This document shows, piece by piece, positions 18,022 through 27,364 of a stretch of DNA of 64,000 nt. Positions within the stretch are counted from its first letter, which is position 1; the number at the start of each line of letters is the position of its first letter. The DNA is from a virus: positions 40,994-104,993 of the IMG/VR virus record IMGVR_UViG_3300046786_000748. One strand, written 5' to 3'. Position numbers and translations under genes: made by a program. The notes under the pieces are model-generated. The model had not been told where the DNA came from and ran no database searches. It worked only from the letters and a program-made list of their open reading frames with translations.

Positions 18022-18728
18022 TAGGTTACCTTTCCACCAACACTTTTGGCAGCAATAGATTTCATTTTTTTCCTATCAGGATCAGGATCTACCCAATTTT
18101 TACCGTAAAATCCTTGAGCAGCAGATGTTCCTGTCATCTCGTCTATATCACCCTTCCACTTCTTATCACGGTTTCTATCATACTTTGGTTTAGGACCTTC
18201 TTTTCCCTGACCGTGTATTCTCGAAACGGGATTTACATCACCCCAAGATTTTCTAACTTTTGGTGTAGAAGGAGCTTTTATTGTAATACTTCCTTCTTTG
18301 ATATTATGCATTTTTTTAAAAGTTTCGTAAGAATAAGTTACATCACCAGCAGTTGAATAAACAGCAACATCAATCTTTCCATTTGGATACCTGGCATTCA
18401 CAAATTCATATTTAGTCCCACCCATTATAAAAGGCTCTTCGCCTGTACGTCTACTATGGTATTCAACATATTGCGGATCTTCTTCGACTTCATCCAATCC
18501 TCCTAATCCCATTTTATTAAGTTGATCGGTTCCAGCTTTTAAATCATCCATCTGTTTGTTATAATCAACTTTTGGTGGTTTTCCTGGTTTTGAACTTGGA
18601 GTAGGTGTTGTAAACCCATCGGGTTTATCACCCCAATTGCCATGTTTATCTAACTGTTGGACACCATTTTCAATTAGGACTTCTTTAATACATTCCCTAA
18701 TGAGTTTTTTAAATTCTTTCTTATCCAT
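18021..18728 (-). CDS. Hypothetical protein in head module
   Basis: Leader MDKKEFKKLIRECIKEVLIE; several short modules separated by xxE sites. Confidence 0.7.
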   Translation of the reverse strand: MDKKEFKKLIRECIKEVLIENGVQQLDKHGNWGDKPDGFTTPTPSSKPGKPPKVDYNKQMDDLKAGTDQLNKMGLGGLDEVEEDPQYVEYHSRRTGEEPFIMGGTKYEFVNARYPNGKIDVAVYSTAGDVTYSYETFKKMHNIKEGSITIKAPSTPKVRKSWGDVNPVSRIHGQGKEGPKPKYDRNRDKKWKGDIDEMTGTSAAQGFYGKNWVDPDPDRKKMKSIAAKSVGGKVT

Positions 18729-19620
18729 TTGGAGCCTCTTCCTTCTTCAATTGTTTCGTAACTTCTTTTAAAAGTTCATAGGAAAGCAAAAGTGACATAA
18801 TTTGGTTATCTTTAACTATACTGTTTGTAGGTCTAACTTTATCAAGTTGTTTGGTCACTTCGTTAATTTTGATCTTTATTACTTCTGAATCCAAAATTTT
18901 ACCTGAAACCTCAACAAGCTTTTGTTTTACTTCATCTATCTTGCCACAAACATATTCACCAAGAGAATTGGTATTACTTACATTATTGATGTATTCACGT
19001 AATATAGATTTTTGATTATCATCCAAATTGGAATATTTCTTGTTAAGACCTTCGACCAAAAGTTTATAAGAAAGCAATCTGATATCTTCTGACTGTTGTT
19101 GATAAAATTTTATCAACTCTTCGGATTCAGTGATGGATCTTTTATTTGAATCGGCTATGTTTTCAATAATACAAGTTTTTGCTTGAAATACTTCTTTTAC
19201 GTCAAACTTAGCATCTTTAGAGGAAGCATCTTCAAAAATTTTGTAAGTTGAAGCTAAAACTTTATAATTCTTAATACTGGCTTTTAGAAACTGATCTATA
19301 GGATATAACTCTTTCATTTCCTTGATTAAGTTATACTTTTCTTCCGCCAACTTGTTATTGTGAAGTTTCTTTCTCTGTTCTACAATTACAGATAAAAACC
19401 GTTCTGCGTGAACTTCATCTTTAACTTTTTCGTTAAGCAAAAAATTATAAAGACGCCACTCCTTACCCAGTTCAGTATTTTCCTTGAAATACTTGAAGAG
19501 CAAGGTTTTAGCTTCGGAGTTTTCTTTCCCAGCTAGGATGTCGGCAGTAATTTGTTTAGTCAAGAGCTCAAACAAAATGCCTGTGTTTCTAAATTTACTA
19601 TGACGCAATTTTTTTTGCAT
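18721..19620 (-). CDS. Helical head-module protein (prohead core-associated)
   Basis: HSKFRNTGILFELL N-terminus; between portal and protease; start probably 19620. Confidence 0.6.
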   Translation of the reverse strand: MQKKLRHSKFRNTGILFELLTKQITADILAGKENSEAKTLLFKYFKENTELGKEWRLYNFLLNEKVKDEVHAERFLSVIVEQRKKLHNNKLAEEKYNLIKEMKELYPIDQFLKASIKNYKVLASTYKIFEDASSKDAKFDVKEVFQAKTCIIENIADSNKRSITESEELIKFYQQQSEDIRLLSYKLLVEGLNKKYSNLDDNQKSILREYINNVSNTNSLGEYVCGKIDEVKQKLVEVSGKILDSEVIKIKINEVTKQLDKVRPTNSIVKDNQIMSLLLSYELLKEVTKQLKKEEAPNG

Positions 19621-19685
19621 ATACTTACTCTTCAACTTAATTTATAAATATTTATAGACTTTCCCATAATATAGAAATATTTACC

Positions 19686-22600
19686 TTATTCTAATATGTT
19701 GGCTTCGTCCAAAATTGATTTATCTTTGGATTCTGTCATTAATTCTTTCTTGACATCTTTACCGGATGACATGAAATTATCTAAACTATTAAAAACACTC
19801 TTCATTTCCAACGCCAGTGGACTTTCCTTACTTACTTTTGGAGTGAGAGTTCGATCTGTCTTGGATGAATCACGGGTTCTTTCCAAATCTCCTAAAGGAT
19901 CTTCGCCGAACGGATAGTCAGACGCTTTCTTTTCGCCTGCTTGTGAAGGCCTTACATAATCATGAGCCGACTCTCCTTGTTTTTCAGAAACTACTACAGA
20001 TTCTTTAACTGGACCCTCTTCTCCAGGACCACCTTCCGGTCCACCGCCAGGTTCACCCTCCGGACCACCTTCTTCGTCTCCTAAATCAGGTCCTGATCCG
20101 CCTCCGCCACCTGGACCGGACAATCCACCACCATCACCATCACCATCACCACCATCTGATTGTGGATTAATCTTCTTGAATGGTTTAGCTGGGTCGTTAC
20201 CATCTTCGGTAATCTGTTTCAATCTCCAAAGTTGCTTACAATCTTCCACAACATCTTGTTCATTTTTTTGAATGTCATCATCCGACATACGAAAAATCTT
20301 CTTGAAAACAAACTTTCTTGAAAAGAATGGGCCGGAACTATCACTCATCTCCGACATTGTTTTAGCATTTTCCATCTTAGCAGCCCAAATTTCCATCTTT
20401 TCTTTCTCAAACACAGTGGATGGATTAGTTAAACCAATAGTAAAATCTACGATAGAAGCGTCTCTATAACCTTGAGCATATAAATGAACTTGAGCAATCT
20501 TATTAAGTTCAGAAATAACCATCTTTTGAATACGAGAAATTGTTCTAGCAAATCTGACATCTTCTGCTGCTAAAGTAGCTTTTCCAGAGGTATTTTCATC
20601 AAAACCAATGAAAGGTTTTGGAACCTTGAAAGCTGCCATCATTTTGTTTTTCACATACTCCAAGTCATCAATTCCAGTAAATTCCATGCCAGGAAGAGTA
20701 TCAATTGACGTTCCTGAATCGGCTCCACGGGTAGGAAGGAAAATATCTTCCACCATGTTCATGAGGTTAAACCGAAGATTGTAGTCACCAGTTCTCTCGT
20801 CAATATAAGGAACTTTCTTCATCTTAGAGATGATTTGTTCCATAAAATTATCAACTTCGTTTGGTGGAATGTTGCCGATATCAATCTTGAAAATTCTCTT
20901 TTCAGGGGCTCTCATAATACGATGAATTAACATTGCATCTTCAAGTAATGAAAGCTGCTTCCAAACACGACGGCCGGGCTCAATCATTGACCGACCATAA
21001 GGTAGAAAGTTTGAATCCGCAAGCAATCGAAAGTGAGCTACTTGAAAAGATTCAAGAATTTCCGCTTGTGATGTATCGACGGGTCTAATTTGAAATTTAA
21101 CGTAGTTTTTGTTAAGAGGGTCTGAATTTTCAATACGTTCTACGTTATAAGCAGAAATAGGTTCTACAAGGTAAACTCCGTATTCAGGACTTATGTTAAG
21201 TTTGAGATAGAAATCTCCATACTTACACATGTTTCTAATCCAAGACCAAAGGTTGAATTCGACATTTAAAATATCGTAGAATAGGTTATGAAGAATATCT
21301 TTGATGTTGTTATTTTTGGAATCAATAGTCAACATTTCACCCATTTCATTCTCAGTAAGACATTCATCAGCATAAATGTCCAATACAGAAGATATGATCG
21401 GATCCATATCCATTGTATTGTGGACGAAACAACTATCAGTTGCAAAGTTTTGATATTTTTCTACAGTAACATCATAAACTTCTATTTCTCCAACATATTC
21501 GATGGACACTATTTTATGATTTAATGTAGAAACAATTTCTTGTTTAAAAGTATCCCAATCATACTCACCGTCTATCAGCCTGTTACGAACTGTAGAATAA
21601 TCGCATCCAACATATTTACTTAATCCAAATATATCTAATTTTCCGTAAGTTTTGTAATATTCAAACGCATAATCACTTATAATATCAAAACTAATATCGT
21701 TTCTTGCATTTGGATTTCTAAATCTAGATTGATTTCTCTTTTTTAACGATGTTTTTAACGATTCTGAACGAAGTTGATTTGATTTTTTAGAATGTGATTT
21801 TCCATAAAACGGATTGTTTTTTCCAGCACGTTTGCCATTCCACTTATTAAACTTTCTGTTTTTATAACCATCAGATGATTGAACTTTTTCAATAGTTTTT
21901 TGTTTATTTGCAGGAGACCATATAACATCATTATTTAAATGCATATGAAATGCTCTATGGTCCGAATCCGTCATAATTTGAAGATTTGACGGTAGATTGT
22001 TAGTTTTATCAAAGTTTCTATGATGAACTACTTCATTATCATTCAATGGTCGTTCAAACTGTTCTGCAACAATAACATGTTCAGATTGCCATCCTTTTGA
22101 AAAGTTATAAATAGATCTATATCCATTATTATAGAAATCTTTTTGATAGAACGGCATTACAGATTCACCGACAGATAAATTCTCAAGTTTTTTATATTCT
22201 CCATTTCGCATTAAAAACGGATGTCCGGCACTGCCTATAACATATTGTCCATTATCAAAAATAACTTTCCACGATTTTCTAGCACCACCTTCTTTTTTAC
22301 GAGGATGATAGGCCTTTCCAAGTTTTATAGAATCGGTTTCGTGGTCATATGAAAATACTAAAAATCGTTCTTGTGGATTGTCTTTATATTTCTCCGCAAG
22401 TTCTGCTATTGTTGGAGTAGTCCCATCAGGCAGTGGTATTATTGTATCTGGTCCTACGCAATCGTAGTCACGGAAAAGGTCTAATCTGGCTGCTTGATAA
22501 GATAAAGCGAAATCACGGGTATATGCGTTTACGTTTGATGAACGAACTCGGTTCCATCTATCTCTAAACGAATTTCGGTCAGTCGCATACTGAATTTCAT

Positions 22601-22748
22601 CGCTATCTTTTATCTTGAGTTTCTTCCCACCAACGTTTCTTACTATTACATCAGTTGAAAACAATCTCTTTAAACGAGCATATAGTGATTGTTGTTTTAC
22701 ATCAATCACGTCGTCTACAGATATCCTTGTTAAATTGTTAGTGGCCAT
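19686..22748 (-). CDS. gp20: Portal protein, T4 gp20-like, with intein
   Basis: LEDAMLIHRIMRAPEKRIFKIDIGN.P, EDIFLPTRG...TSIDTLPG, AFKVPK, EDVRFARTISRIQ; 348-aa intein inserted. Confidence 0.95.
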   Translation of the reverse strand: MATNNLTRISVDDVIDVKQQSLYARLKRLFSTDVIVRNVGGKKLKIKDSDEIQYATDRNSFRDRWNRVRSSNVNAYTRDFALSYQAARLDLFRDYDCVGPDTIIPLPDGTTPTIAELAEKYKDNPQERFLVFSYDHETDSIKLGKAYHPRKKEGGARKSWKVIFDNGQYVIGSAGHPFLMRNGEYKKLENLSVGESVMPFYQKDFYNNGYRSIYNFSKGWQSEHVIVAEQFERPLNDNEVVHHRNFDKTNNLPSNLQIMTDSDHRAFHMHLNNDVIWSPANKQKTIEKVQSSDGYKNRKFNKWNGKRAGKNNPFYGKSHSKKSNQLRSESLKTSLKKRNQSRFRNPNARNDISFDIISDYAFEYYKTYGKLDIFGLSKYVGCDYSTVRNRLIDGEYDWDTFKQEIVSTLNHKIVSIEYVGEIEVYDVTVEKYQNFATDSCFVHNTMDMDPIISSVLDIYADECLTENEMGEMLTIDSKNNNIKDILHNLFYDILNVEFNLWSWIRNMCKYGDFYLKLNISPEYGVYLVEPISAYNVERIENSDPLNKNYVKFQIRPVDTSQAEILESFQVAHFRLLADSNFLPYGRSMIEPGRRVWKQLSLLEDAMLIHRIMRAPEKRIFKIDIGNIPPNEVDNFMEQIISKMKKVPYIDERTGDYNLRFNLMNMVEDIFLPTRGADSGTSIDTLPGMEFTGIDDLEYVKNKMMAAFKVPKPFIGFDENTSGKATLAAEDVRFARTISRIQKMVISELNKIAQVHLYAQGYRDASIVDFTIGLTNPSTVFEKEKMEIWAAKMENAKTMSEMSDSSGPFFSRKFVFKKIFRMSDDDIQKNEQDVVEDCKQLWRLKQITEDGNDPAKPFKKINPQSDGGDGDGDGGGLSGPGGGGGSGPDLGDEEGGPEGEPGGGPEGGPGEEGPVKESVVVSEKQGESAHDYVRPSQAGEKKASDYPFGEDPLGDLERTRDSSKTDRTLTPKVSKESPLALEMKSVFNSLDNFMSSGKDVKKELMTESKDKSILDEANILE
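21417..22460 (-). mobile_element. Intein with HNH homing endonuclease in portal
   Basis: DYD|CVGPDT start, GSAGHPF block B, VHHRNFDKTNN..NL HNH, NPFYGKSHS NUMOD3, VYDVTV..YQNF....FVHN|T end. Confidence 0.93.
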
Positions 22749-22790
22749 AAATCTTTAAACTACCATGTATAAATATATGTCAAATCACGG

Positions 22791-24407
22791 TTATAATAAC
22801 CATTTAAGACTTTCTACTTGTCCTTGTCTCCCAAGTTTCATATTCCAAGCCTCCTGACCAGTATTTGCGGTTCTGTTGGTGAAAACCGGAGCAGAACCGG
22901 TGTATTGAACTCTTTCTATTTTATCCATCATAATTCGGTTATAAGCCATAGATTCGTGTTTCAACCTTAATGCGGTATCTCTAACCCATAAACCTATGCC
23001 TAATGCCATAACCAAATCGTCGTTGTATCCTTCCATAGCAACCGCTTTACCTTTATCCCAAATAAAAGTCTCAAGTTCCCCCAATGTTCTGGTAGAAAAC
23101 ACGTTTACCGATTTATCTCTAAAATACTGTTCTAATCTTGAAATTATAAGAGGACGAGTTCTCAAAGTAGTGGAAAATCCAGGAACCATTTTCTTTTCTT
23201 CGGAATAATACTTCGTAACTAATTGTTTCTGAACTTCAACGTACTTCAAATCTACAGTACTATAAAATGTATTTGGATATCCGCTATCAACTATAGTTTG
23301 AATAGTACCAAATCCTACTCCAGTATTTTCAACGATTAACAAAGCCTTGTTATACATTGTGGCTATATTAACTAATTGATGACCAAAAGACACCAAATCT
23401 ATCTGCCCTTTGTATTCCACACATTGGTTAAGCGTCTCTGCATCCAAAACATGATAAGCAGAATAGTCTCCGCCGTCGCCTCTAGCTACGTCAGCACAAA
23501 CTATATAAGTTCTTGAATAATCAGGATATTCATAAATCCATTCTGATCTATCTATGCCACGACATTCAACTGGGTCTCGTTTTAAACTTTCTTTATAGTA
23601 TTCTATTATAGCCAAATCAACTACTGTAGCACCTGATGTAAGAAAATCACAATCGCATTCCTGAGCAGCTTCTTTCGGAGACTTAGCAACTTCTGTTTGT
23701 GCATCTCTCCAGACTTGATCACGTTCTGGATGAAGATGCCAAGGAAGTTTAATGGTGTTGAATTTGTTCTTTTTAGCTTCCGAATCTTTCCACATTCTAT
23801 GAAAAAAATTACCAACACCGTTTGGTGTTGATAGAATAATGGAACGTCCACCAGTTGACAACGTAGGATAAGCAGCCGTCCAAATTTCATCAATACCGTC
23901 AATAAATGCCGCTTCGTCAATAATCAAAAGAGACAAAGCAAATGAACGACCTGCGTCCGATGCTGAAGATGTTGCTAAAATCCGTGAACCGTTTTTAAGT
24001 TTAAGAGATAATTTATTGTTATCTAAAGCTTGAATTTTCAACCAAGATGGTAAATTATCATTGGCAAATCTAACTTTTGCAACAATTTCTTTTGAAACTT
24101 CTTGTGTTCTTGAAATAACTAGAATATTCTTATCAGAATGAAACAACATCAACCATAAAGCGTAAGCAGCTACGAGAGTTGAAATACCCATCTGACGAGA
24201 TTTTAGAACAATATTAAAATCAAATTCATAAAACTCTCTTAAAGATTTCTCTTGAAAATCAAAAAGAAGAAAAGGAATTGTTCCCCGAATAGGGTGCTGA
24301 ATCTTAACATATTTCTTCATGAAATACACCGGGTCCGAAGCACACTTGGCGTATTCCGATTTGATTATGTCTTTAAGAGTTTGTTGGTTGTTTTGATTTG
24401 AGCTCAT
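22791..24407 (-). CDS. gp17: Terminase large subunit, T4 gp17-like
   Basis: KSRQMGIST Walker A, LIIDEAAF Walker B, STPNG, ADVARG..DYS nuclease, DDLVMAL. Confidence 0.95.
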   Translation of the reverse strand: MSSNQNNQQTLKDIIKSEYAKCASDPVYFMKKYVKIQHPIRGTIPFLLFDFQEKSLREFYEFDFNIVLKSRQMGISTLVAAYALWLMLFHSDKNILVISRTQEVSKEIVAKVRFANDNLPSWLKIQALDNNKLSLKLKNGSRILATSSASDAGRSFALSLLIIDEAAFIDGIDEIWTAAYPTLSTGGRSIILSTPNGVGNFFHRMWKDSEAKKNKFNTIKLPWHLHPERDQVWRDAQTEVAKSPKEAAQECDCDFLTSGATVVDLAIIEYYKESLKRDPVECRGIDRSEWIYEYPDYSRTYIVCADVARGDGGDYSAYHVLDAETLNQCVEYKGQIDLVSFGHQLVNIATMYNKALLIVENTGVGFGTIQTIVDSGYPNTFYSTVDLKYVEVQKQLVTKYYSEEKKMVPGFSTTLRTRPLIISRLEQYFRDKSVNVFSTRTLGELETFIWDKGKAVAMEGYNDDLVMALGIGLWVRDTALRLKHESMAYNRIMMDKIERVQYTGSAPVFTNRTANTGQEAWNMKLGRQGQVESLKWLL

Positions 24408-25011
24408 TTAGTTCAGTTTCTAGCATTTCTATAGACACATCACACAAAATCAAAGACTTATTCACTTCGGCCAAATCATTCTCGGCTTCAGTAACAAACG
24501 TTTCTCTTGATAAATCTGTCCAAGTATCTCTACTACCATCTTCGTTGAGGTATTCAATTTTATTAGATTTGTTATGTAACCAATTTATAGATTCTTCTAT
24601 TTTTCCTTTTAAATCTCGGAGATAAGAACGTTGGTTTTTAATTACCTTAATTTTTTCATACGTTTCAAAAGTTCCATCAAGACGCATTTGATGTTCTTCT
24701 TCAACTACACAGTCATAACATTTTCCTGTTTTGTTAAAAAACTTTACGTCGTTTTGATTATTTGACCAAGCTACATCTCTCCCACATGAAGAACAAACTT
24801 GACGAGTTAATTCTCTAGTATCATGTAATTTTTTAGATATTCTACTGGCGCCTAATTGTATCCATTCAACTCCATCTTTGTCAGTCCATACATCTCCATC
24901 GTTGTGTTTTTCTTCTTTTGGTGGTTCATATCCTACTTGAACAAATGGACGCTCTCCAGCAAGATAATTTTTTACTATTTCAATGTTTGATTTGCCTGAT
25001 GCTTTTTTCAT
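24373..25011 (-). CDS. Hypothetical zinc-finger/coiled-coil protein upstream of terminase
   Basis: CSSC...CYDC; overlaps terminase start. Confidence 0.7.
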   Translation of the reverse strand: MKKASGKSNIEIVKNYLAGERPFVQVGYEPPKEEKHNDGDVWTDKDGVEWIQLGASRISKKLHDTRELTRQVCSSCGRDVAWSNNQNDVKFFNKTGKCYDCVVEEEHQMRLDGTFETYEKIKVIKNQRSYLRDLKGKIEESINWLHNKSNKIEYLNEDGSRDTWTDLSRETFVTEAENDLAEVNKSLILCDVSIEMLETELNELKSKQPTNS

Positions 25012-25065
25012 AACAAGTTTATTCTAACATACATACTGATTAAGTATCTAAAATGTGATATTTTA

Positions 25066-27330
25066 TTATATCAACGACTGCCCTCCGCCTGGAGAAGTAT
25101 TGGTTTTAAGAACCGATACATTTCTTCCTTCTACACTAGGAATTAATCTAAAAATATCAGGCTCAGTATTGGAGGAATTCTTTTCATATAACTTTATTTT
25201 AACAGTCTTCGTACCTTCGTGGTCAATATCATTTATGTTTGTGTAAGAAACTTTATGTGTTGTGGGATGCCAAGTCATCATCCTTTCTGATGTATATGTC
25301 GATTCTTGTATCCCCTCAAATGTTACAGCACCACCCACTTGAAAAGAACCTGTAACAGTGGCATCATCGCCCACCCATAAACTTTGAGAAATTAACAAAC
25401 TTCCTGATAAAAACGTAGTTTTGTTTGGATCTTTTAAACCAGGTATATATACCGACAATGACGACCCCGATGGATCAAATGCAGCGACTGTTCTTAAATC
25501 GGAATAAACCAAATTTGAGTTAACGTCGAAAAGTTCGGATTTGATTTCAAACGCTTCGTTTGCAATGTTAATCGGAAAAGGTATTCTTGTAACAAGCGTA
25601 TCAGGAGAATATCCAAAATCTCCATACGATTTCATAGAAAGTTCTGAAATTATAACAGAACATTTTCTCGGAACCATAACCAACGTACCGTATAAATCGT
25701 TGGTAAGAGAAAACATGAAACTTGTTTTTGTATAAACTTTTTCTTCTATCGGTTCATATGCTGAAACAAATCCCAATTTTAATAACCCCGGCTGATTCTT
25801 AACAGCATTCCTTTCAAGGTTTATTGCAGATAAAGAACTTGTAAAATAAAACTCCAATCCAGCATCAGTCTCCGATAAACCTGAACCGTCTTTTCTTAAT
25901 ATAGCATTTAAAGAAACTATATAGTTTACATTTTTTTTAAGTTCTATAAAATTGGAATCGTAAGAAGAACCAGACGTAGAAGTAAACTCTGATAGACTAT
26001 ATGGAAAATAAGTCGCGTTTCTCTCCAAATAAGAAGCATTATCTTTTAAAATAACATAATTGGATAAAGAATCATATTGAATGTGTTCGACTGTCGTGTT
26101 AATACGGATTGCGTCAATTAATCTATCCGACGAATGAACTATAGATAGATTATTACTTCCTGTAAACCAATATTTGTTTATGTGTCGTTGATTGTAAAAC
26201 GACCCCATTTTATCAAAAGATTTATTTGTAGTAAGTTTGTCTTGTAATAACTCACCAGATGTTAACGGTTCGTCAGATATAACTTCAAAATCTCCAGGAG
26301 AAAATAACGACTTTCTGTATAGTTTATGACGAGCAATAAACCCTGAAAACGTTCTTATGTTTTTATAAACTATATCAGCAAAAGATTGTTTTACAAAAAC
26401 CTGACCGTCTCTTACATTGGTAACCAAATAACTTTGACTTTCAGATGCAGTATTATAAACTATATAAGGATATTTTACAAAAAAATCTCCATCTACAATG
26501 TTAACAACAATATCGTTCTTGTTTCTGTCTTTATATGAAATAACATCATTTACTACTATCGTAGAATTATTAATTACTTTCTTAACAGATAATGACGTTG
26601 TAAAATCTACATTAGTGTTTTTGTAAGAAAATGGCTCTTGAACTGTTCTAACTCTAAAATCAACCTTGAAATCTTTCAACTGACTATTAAAAGAACCTGT
26701 TGGATCCACATCGGACGGCAAGTTTTTTGCATATATTCTATAATCTATATCTATATTTCGTTTACTTAATTTTGGTGTATCTTTAGGAGGAGTGACTGCG
26801 AAACTATAAAACGAACCGCTCATCTCAACCTGTTGATTCAAGTCTCCAACGTTAGCTAATACATTGGATAAAATAGGCAACACTTCTAATGTCGGTTTGT
26901 TATAAAAACGGACTGAAGATACATTAGATTTGGTTTTGTTGATAGATATGTTACCAACCCATTTTACAGTAGCTCCGTTTACAGCCGTTCCGTACAAAAT
27001 GAGTTTGCCGGGACCATTTGAGGTCTCGGCATAAACGTGAACTGAGAGAATGTAAGCAGAAGATTCTTTGTAAACTAAACTGATTTTAGTAGTAGCTTCA
27101 ATATACAACGGTTCACCGGCCGAATCAACACATTCTACGAGAACCTCAGATCCTTTTTTTAAATACTCCGAACCATTAAAGGTTACTGAATTCTTACCAG
27201 CAGTAAACTCTGGTGAGAATTCTTGCAAAACAAAATATTTTGATAGGTATTCCGTGTCATTTAAATCGGTTTGTTTTGTCAACAAACCCAAATCTACACC
27301 ACGTTTACCAAATCCAGACAGTAATTCCAT
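25066..27330 (-). CDS. Large putative virion structural protein
   Basis: 754 aa, beta-rich, many SGS/TGS motifs; TATTTATT upstream (27351-27358). Confidence 0.55.
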   Translation of the reverse strand: MELLSGFGKRGVDLGLLTKQTDLNDTEYLSKYFVLQEFSPEFTAGKNSVTFNGSEYLKKGSEVLVECVDSAGEPLYIEATTKISLVYKESSAYILSVHVYAETSNGPGKLILYGTAVNGATVKWVGNISINKTKSNVSSVRFYNKPTLEVLPILSNVLANVGDLNQQVEMSGSFYSFAVTPPKDTPKLSKRNIDIDYRIYAKNLPSDVDPTGSFNSQLKDFKVDFRVRTVQEPFSYKNTNVDFTTSLSVKKVINNSTIVVNDVISYKDRNKNDIVVNIVDGDFFVKYPYIVYNTASESQSYLVTNVRDGQVFVKQSFADIVYKNIRTFSGFIARHKLYRKSLFSPGDFEVISDEPLTSGELLQDKLTTNKSFDKMGSFYNQRHINKYWFTGSNNLSIVHSSDRLIDAIRINTTVEHIQYDSLSNYVILKDNASYLERNATYFPYSLSEFTSTSGSSYDSNFIELKKNVNYIVSLNAILRKDGSGLSETDAGLEFYFTSSLSAINLERNAVKNQPGLLKLGFVSAYEPIEEKVYTKTSFMFSLTNDLYGTLVMVPRKCSVIISELSMKSYGDFGYSPDTLVTRIPFPINIANEAFEIKSELFDVNSNLVYSDLRTVAAFDPSGSSLSVYIPGLKDPNKTTFLSGSLLISQSLWVGDDATVTGSFQVGGAVTFEGIQESTYTSERMMTWHPTTHKVSYTNINDIDHEGTKTVKIKLYEKNSSNTEPDIFRLIPSVEGRNVSVLKTNTSPGGGQSLI

Positions 27331-27364
27331 AATTTATCGCTTCTATAAGCAATAAATATAGGAT

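Noticed and set aside
24373-25011. Small terminase assignment by position
   Set aside because: No recognisable gp16 motif; left as hypothetical, as is 50592..50969.
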